Source of the DNA: Acidimicrobiales bacterium
GTDB taxonomy: Bacteria > Actinomycetota > Acidimicrobiia > Acidimicrobiales > SZUA-35
Direction: 5' to 3'
Length of the DNA stretch: 64,000 nucleotides
Assembly (NCBI GenBank): GCA_041394285.1
Contig: JAWKIL010000026.1
Span: 1,763 to 65,762, forward strand
Positions 63,082-64,000 of the stretch are shown here, piece by piece (within the stretch, counting starts at the first letter, position 1; every line of letters begins with the position of its first letter). Both the position numbers and the translations under genes were made by a program. A model generated the notes under the pieces. It ran no database searches. It saw nothing but the letters and a program-made list of their open reading frames with translations, and was not told the DNA's origin.

Positions 63082-63569
63082 AGTCTAAGCCCAGGTGCGC
63101 GCTGTGCACCGTGCAGAGGCTGGCTCGCACCGATCGCCGGCGCCGGCGGACGTTCGGCACAGCCCGGAGGCGATCGATCCCGAGCACGCCAGTTGTGCCG
63201 CAGTGCCCTGGGGAAGCCAATCGTCAGAGAGCGTCCAAGAGCCAGCGCTACGAGGACCTATGAAGTCAGCCCCGCATCGCCGCTCCCATCACGCGGCTTA
63301 CTCATGACGCCCGGGGCGTGCCCCTCGCGGCATGCTCGTTCGGATGGACTGGCCGAAGCGTTTGCTGAGTGCACTGCTGCTCATTGTCGGTGTCCTGACA
63401 CAGCATGCGAACTGCCTTGCTTGCACATGCTGGGCCGACTTCGCGAGGTGCTTGAGCAATATGGAACCGGCCTCGACACTTCGAACTGATTTTCGTCGGA
63501 TCTGTCGTCGAGAGCGGCGAGAGTGATGCGTTACTCGCGGAGGTTGCCGCTCGGCCACCGATATCAGGC

Positions 63570-64000
63570 GTGGCACGGTTCGAAGTCGACGCCGTCTACG
63601 TTGGAGATGTAGGCCAGACCCTGGTAGTTCATGCGCCTGGTGGTCCGCCTTATGGCGGCAATTGTTCTATTGGTATGCCCGAAGGCAAGCAGTTCGTTGT
63701 GGCCTGGAAGAACCCTGACGGCTTCGTCGTGTCGGGCATGTGCGGGATCTTTCCCATCGAGAACGCGCCATCAGCTGATGAAATCGCCGCAGCCATTGGG
63801 CCAGCCAGCCACCAAACACTCAACTTCAACCCGGAAGCCTGGAGCCGTGGAGTTCCGACCCAGCTTTCGCCGAGGACGAAGCCGACCTGGGCACTATCTG
63901 ACCTCAAGTCCACCGCCATCGTTCGTTGCCTCGGGCAATGCTCGCACCAGCTCTGGCTTTCCTCTTGCAGCAGTCGCGATCGTCGCAGCACTGACGGGCG
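63570..64000 (+). CDS. Possible hypothetical protein, open at the window end (not in the ORF track)
   Basis: Frame 0 is open from 63456 to the window end and reads protein-like: FEVDAVYVGDVGQTLVVHAPGGPPYGGNCSIGMPEGKQFVVAWKNPDGFVVSGMCGIFPIENAPSADEIAAAIG. The later part looks degraded. The start is uncertain (GTG 63570 or ATG 63675). Confidence 0.25.
   Translation, partial: MARFEVDAVYVGDVGQTLVVHAPGGPPYGGNCSIGMPEGKQFVVAWKNPDGFVVSGMCGIFPIENAPSADEIAAAIGPASHQTLNFNPEAWSRGVPTQLSPRTKPTWALSDLKSTAIVRCLGQCSHQLWLSSCSSRDRRSTDG

Noticed and set aside
63571-63590. tRNA-like T-loop (ggttcgaag) that could mark an island integration site
   Set aside because: The flanking bases do not form a T-stem, and no acceptor, D or anticodon arms can be drawn on either strand.
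63650-63991. 113-aa minus-strand ORF at the window end
   Set aside because: Its composition is not protein-like (Ser/Trp/Cys/Arg-rich). It is antisense to a plus-strand frame that reads more like a real protein. Neither is secure.
1-64000. Mobile genetic elements (IS, integrase, prophage)
   Set aside because: No transposase, integrase, recombinase or phage structural gene is recognisable in any frame. The only mobility-like signals are the short palindromic repeat families and the GC drop at the right end.

Overview
High-GC (about 70-75% by hand counts of 60-nt lines) Actinomycetota-type chromosomal segment. The assignment rests on gene content: F420-type LLM and PPOX enzymes, a DtxR/IdeR regulator, a thiolase plus DUF35 pair, and an LppM-like lipoprotein. 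I support about 65 protein-coding genes and no rRNA, tRNA, CRISPR or transposase/integrase genes.

Main modules, in order:
- a TetR-controlled heterodimeric ABC exporter
- an orphan form-II CoxL-like molybdenum hydroxylase
- a PuuE-like deacetylase pair with a cupin and an amidase
- assorted VOC, cupin and hydrolase genes, and a PPOX-LLM operon
- a thiolase plus DUF35 pair
- a complete kdpFABC-kdpDE locus, preceded by an unlisted 51-aa membrane ORF and a 3 x 32-bp repeat
- a very acidic low-complexity orphan protein
- a tight four-gene membrane operon built around an HTTM (vitamin-K-carboxylase-like) protein
- tam, a DtxR-family regulator and RidA
- an E1/transketolase-like enzyme, an SDR and cobT
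- a GGDEF cyclase next to frame-disrupted AraC-like, VOC and chemoreceptor genes
- a UDP-glucuronate/UDP-xylose glycosyltransferase cluster
- a lower-GC (about 52-62%) right end carrying a HepT/MNT toxin-antitoxin module

Two features stand out beyond the gene list.
1. The intergenic space is rich in structured repeats. There is a family of about 47-nt palindromic elements with GATC-type termini, a 47-bp x 3.4 double-hairpin tandem array, duplicated 37-nt perfect hairpin terminators, and G-rich tandem repeats.
2. There are several local clusters of apparent 1-nt deletions in G/C runs that break otherwise recognisable genes. These are either assembly errors or real gene decay, and this should be settled before any biology is built on those genes.

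All functional calls come from reading the translated ORFs and recognising motifs; no database search was possible.
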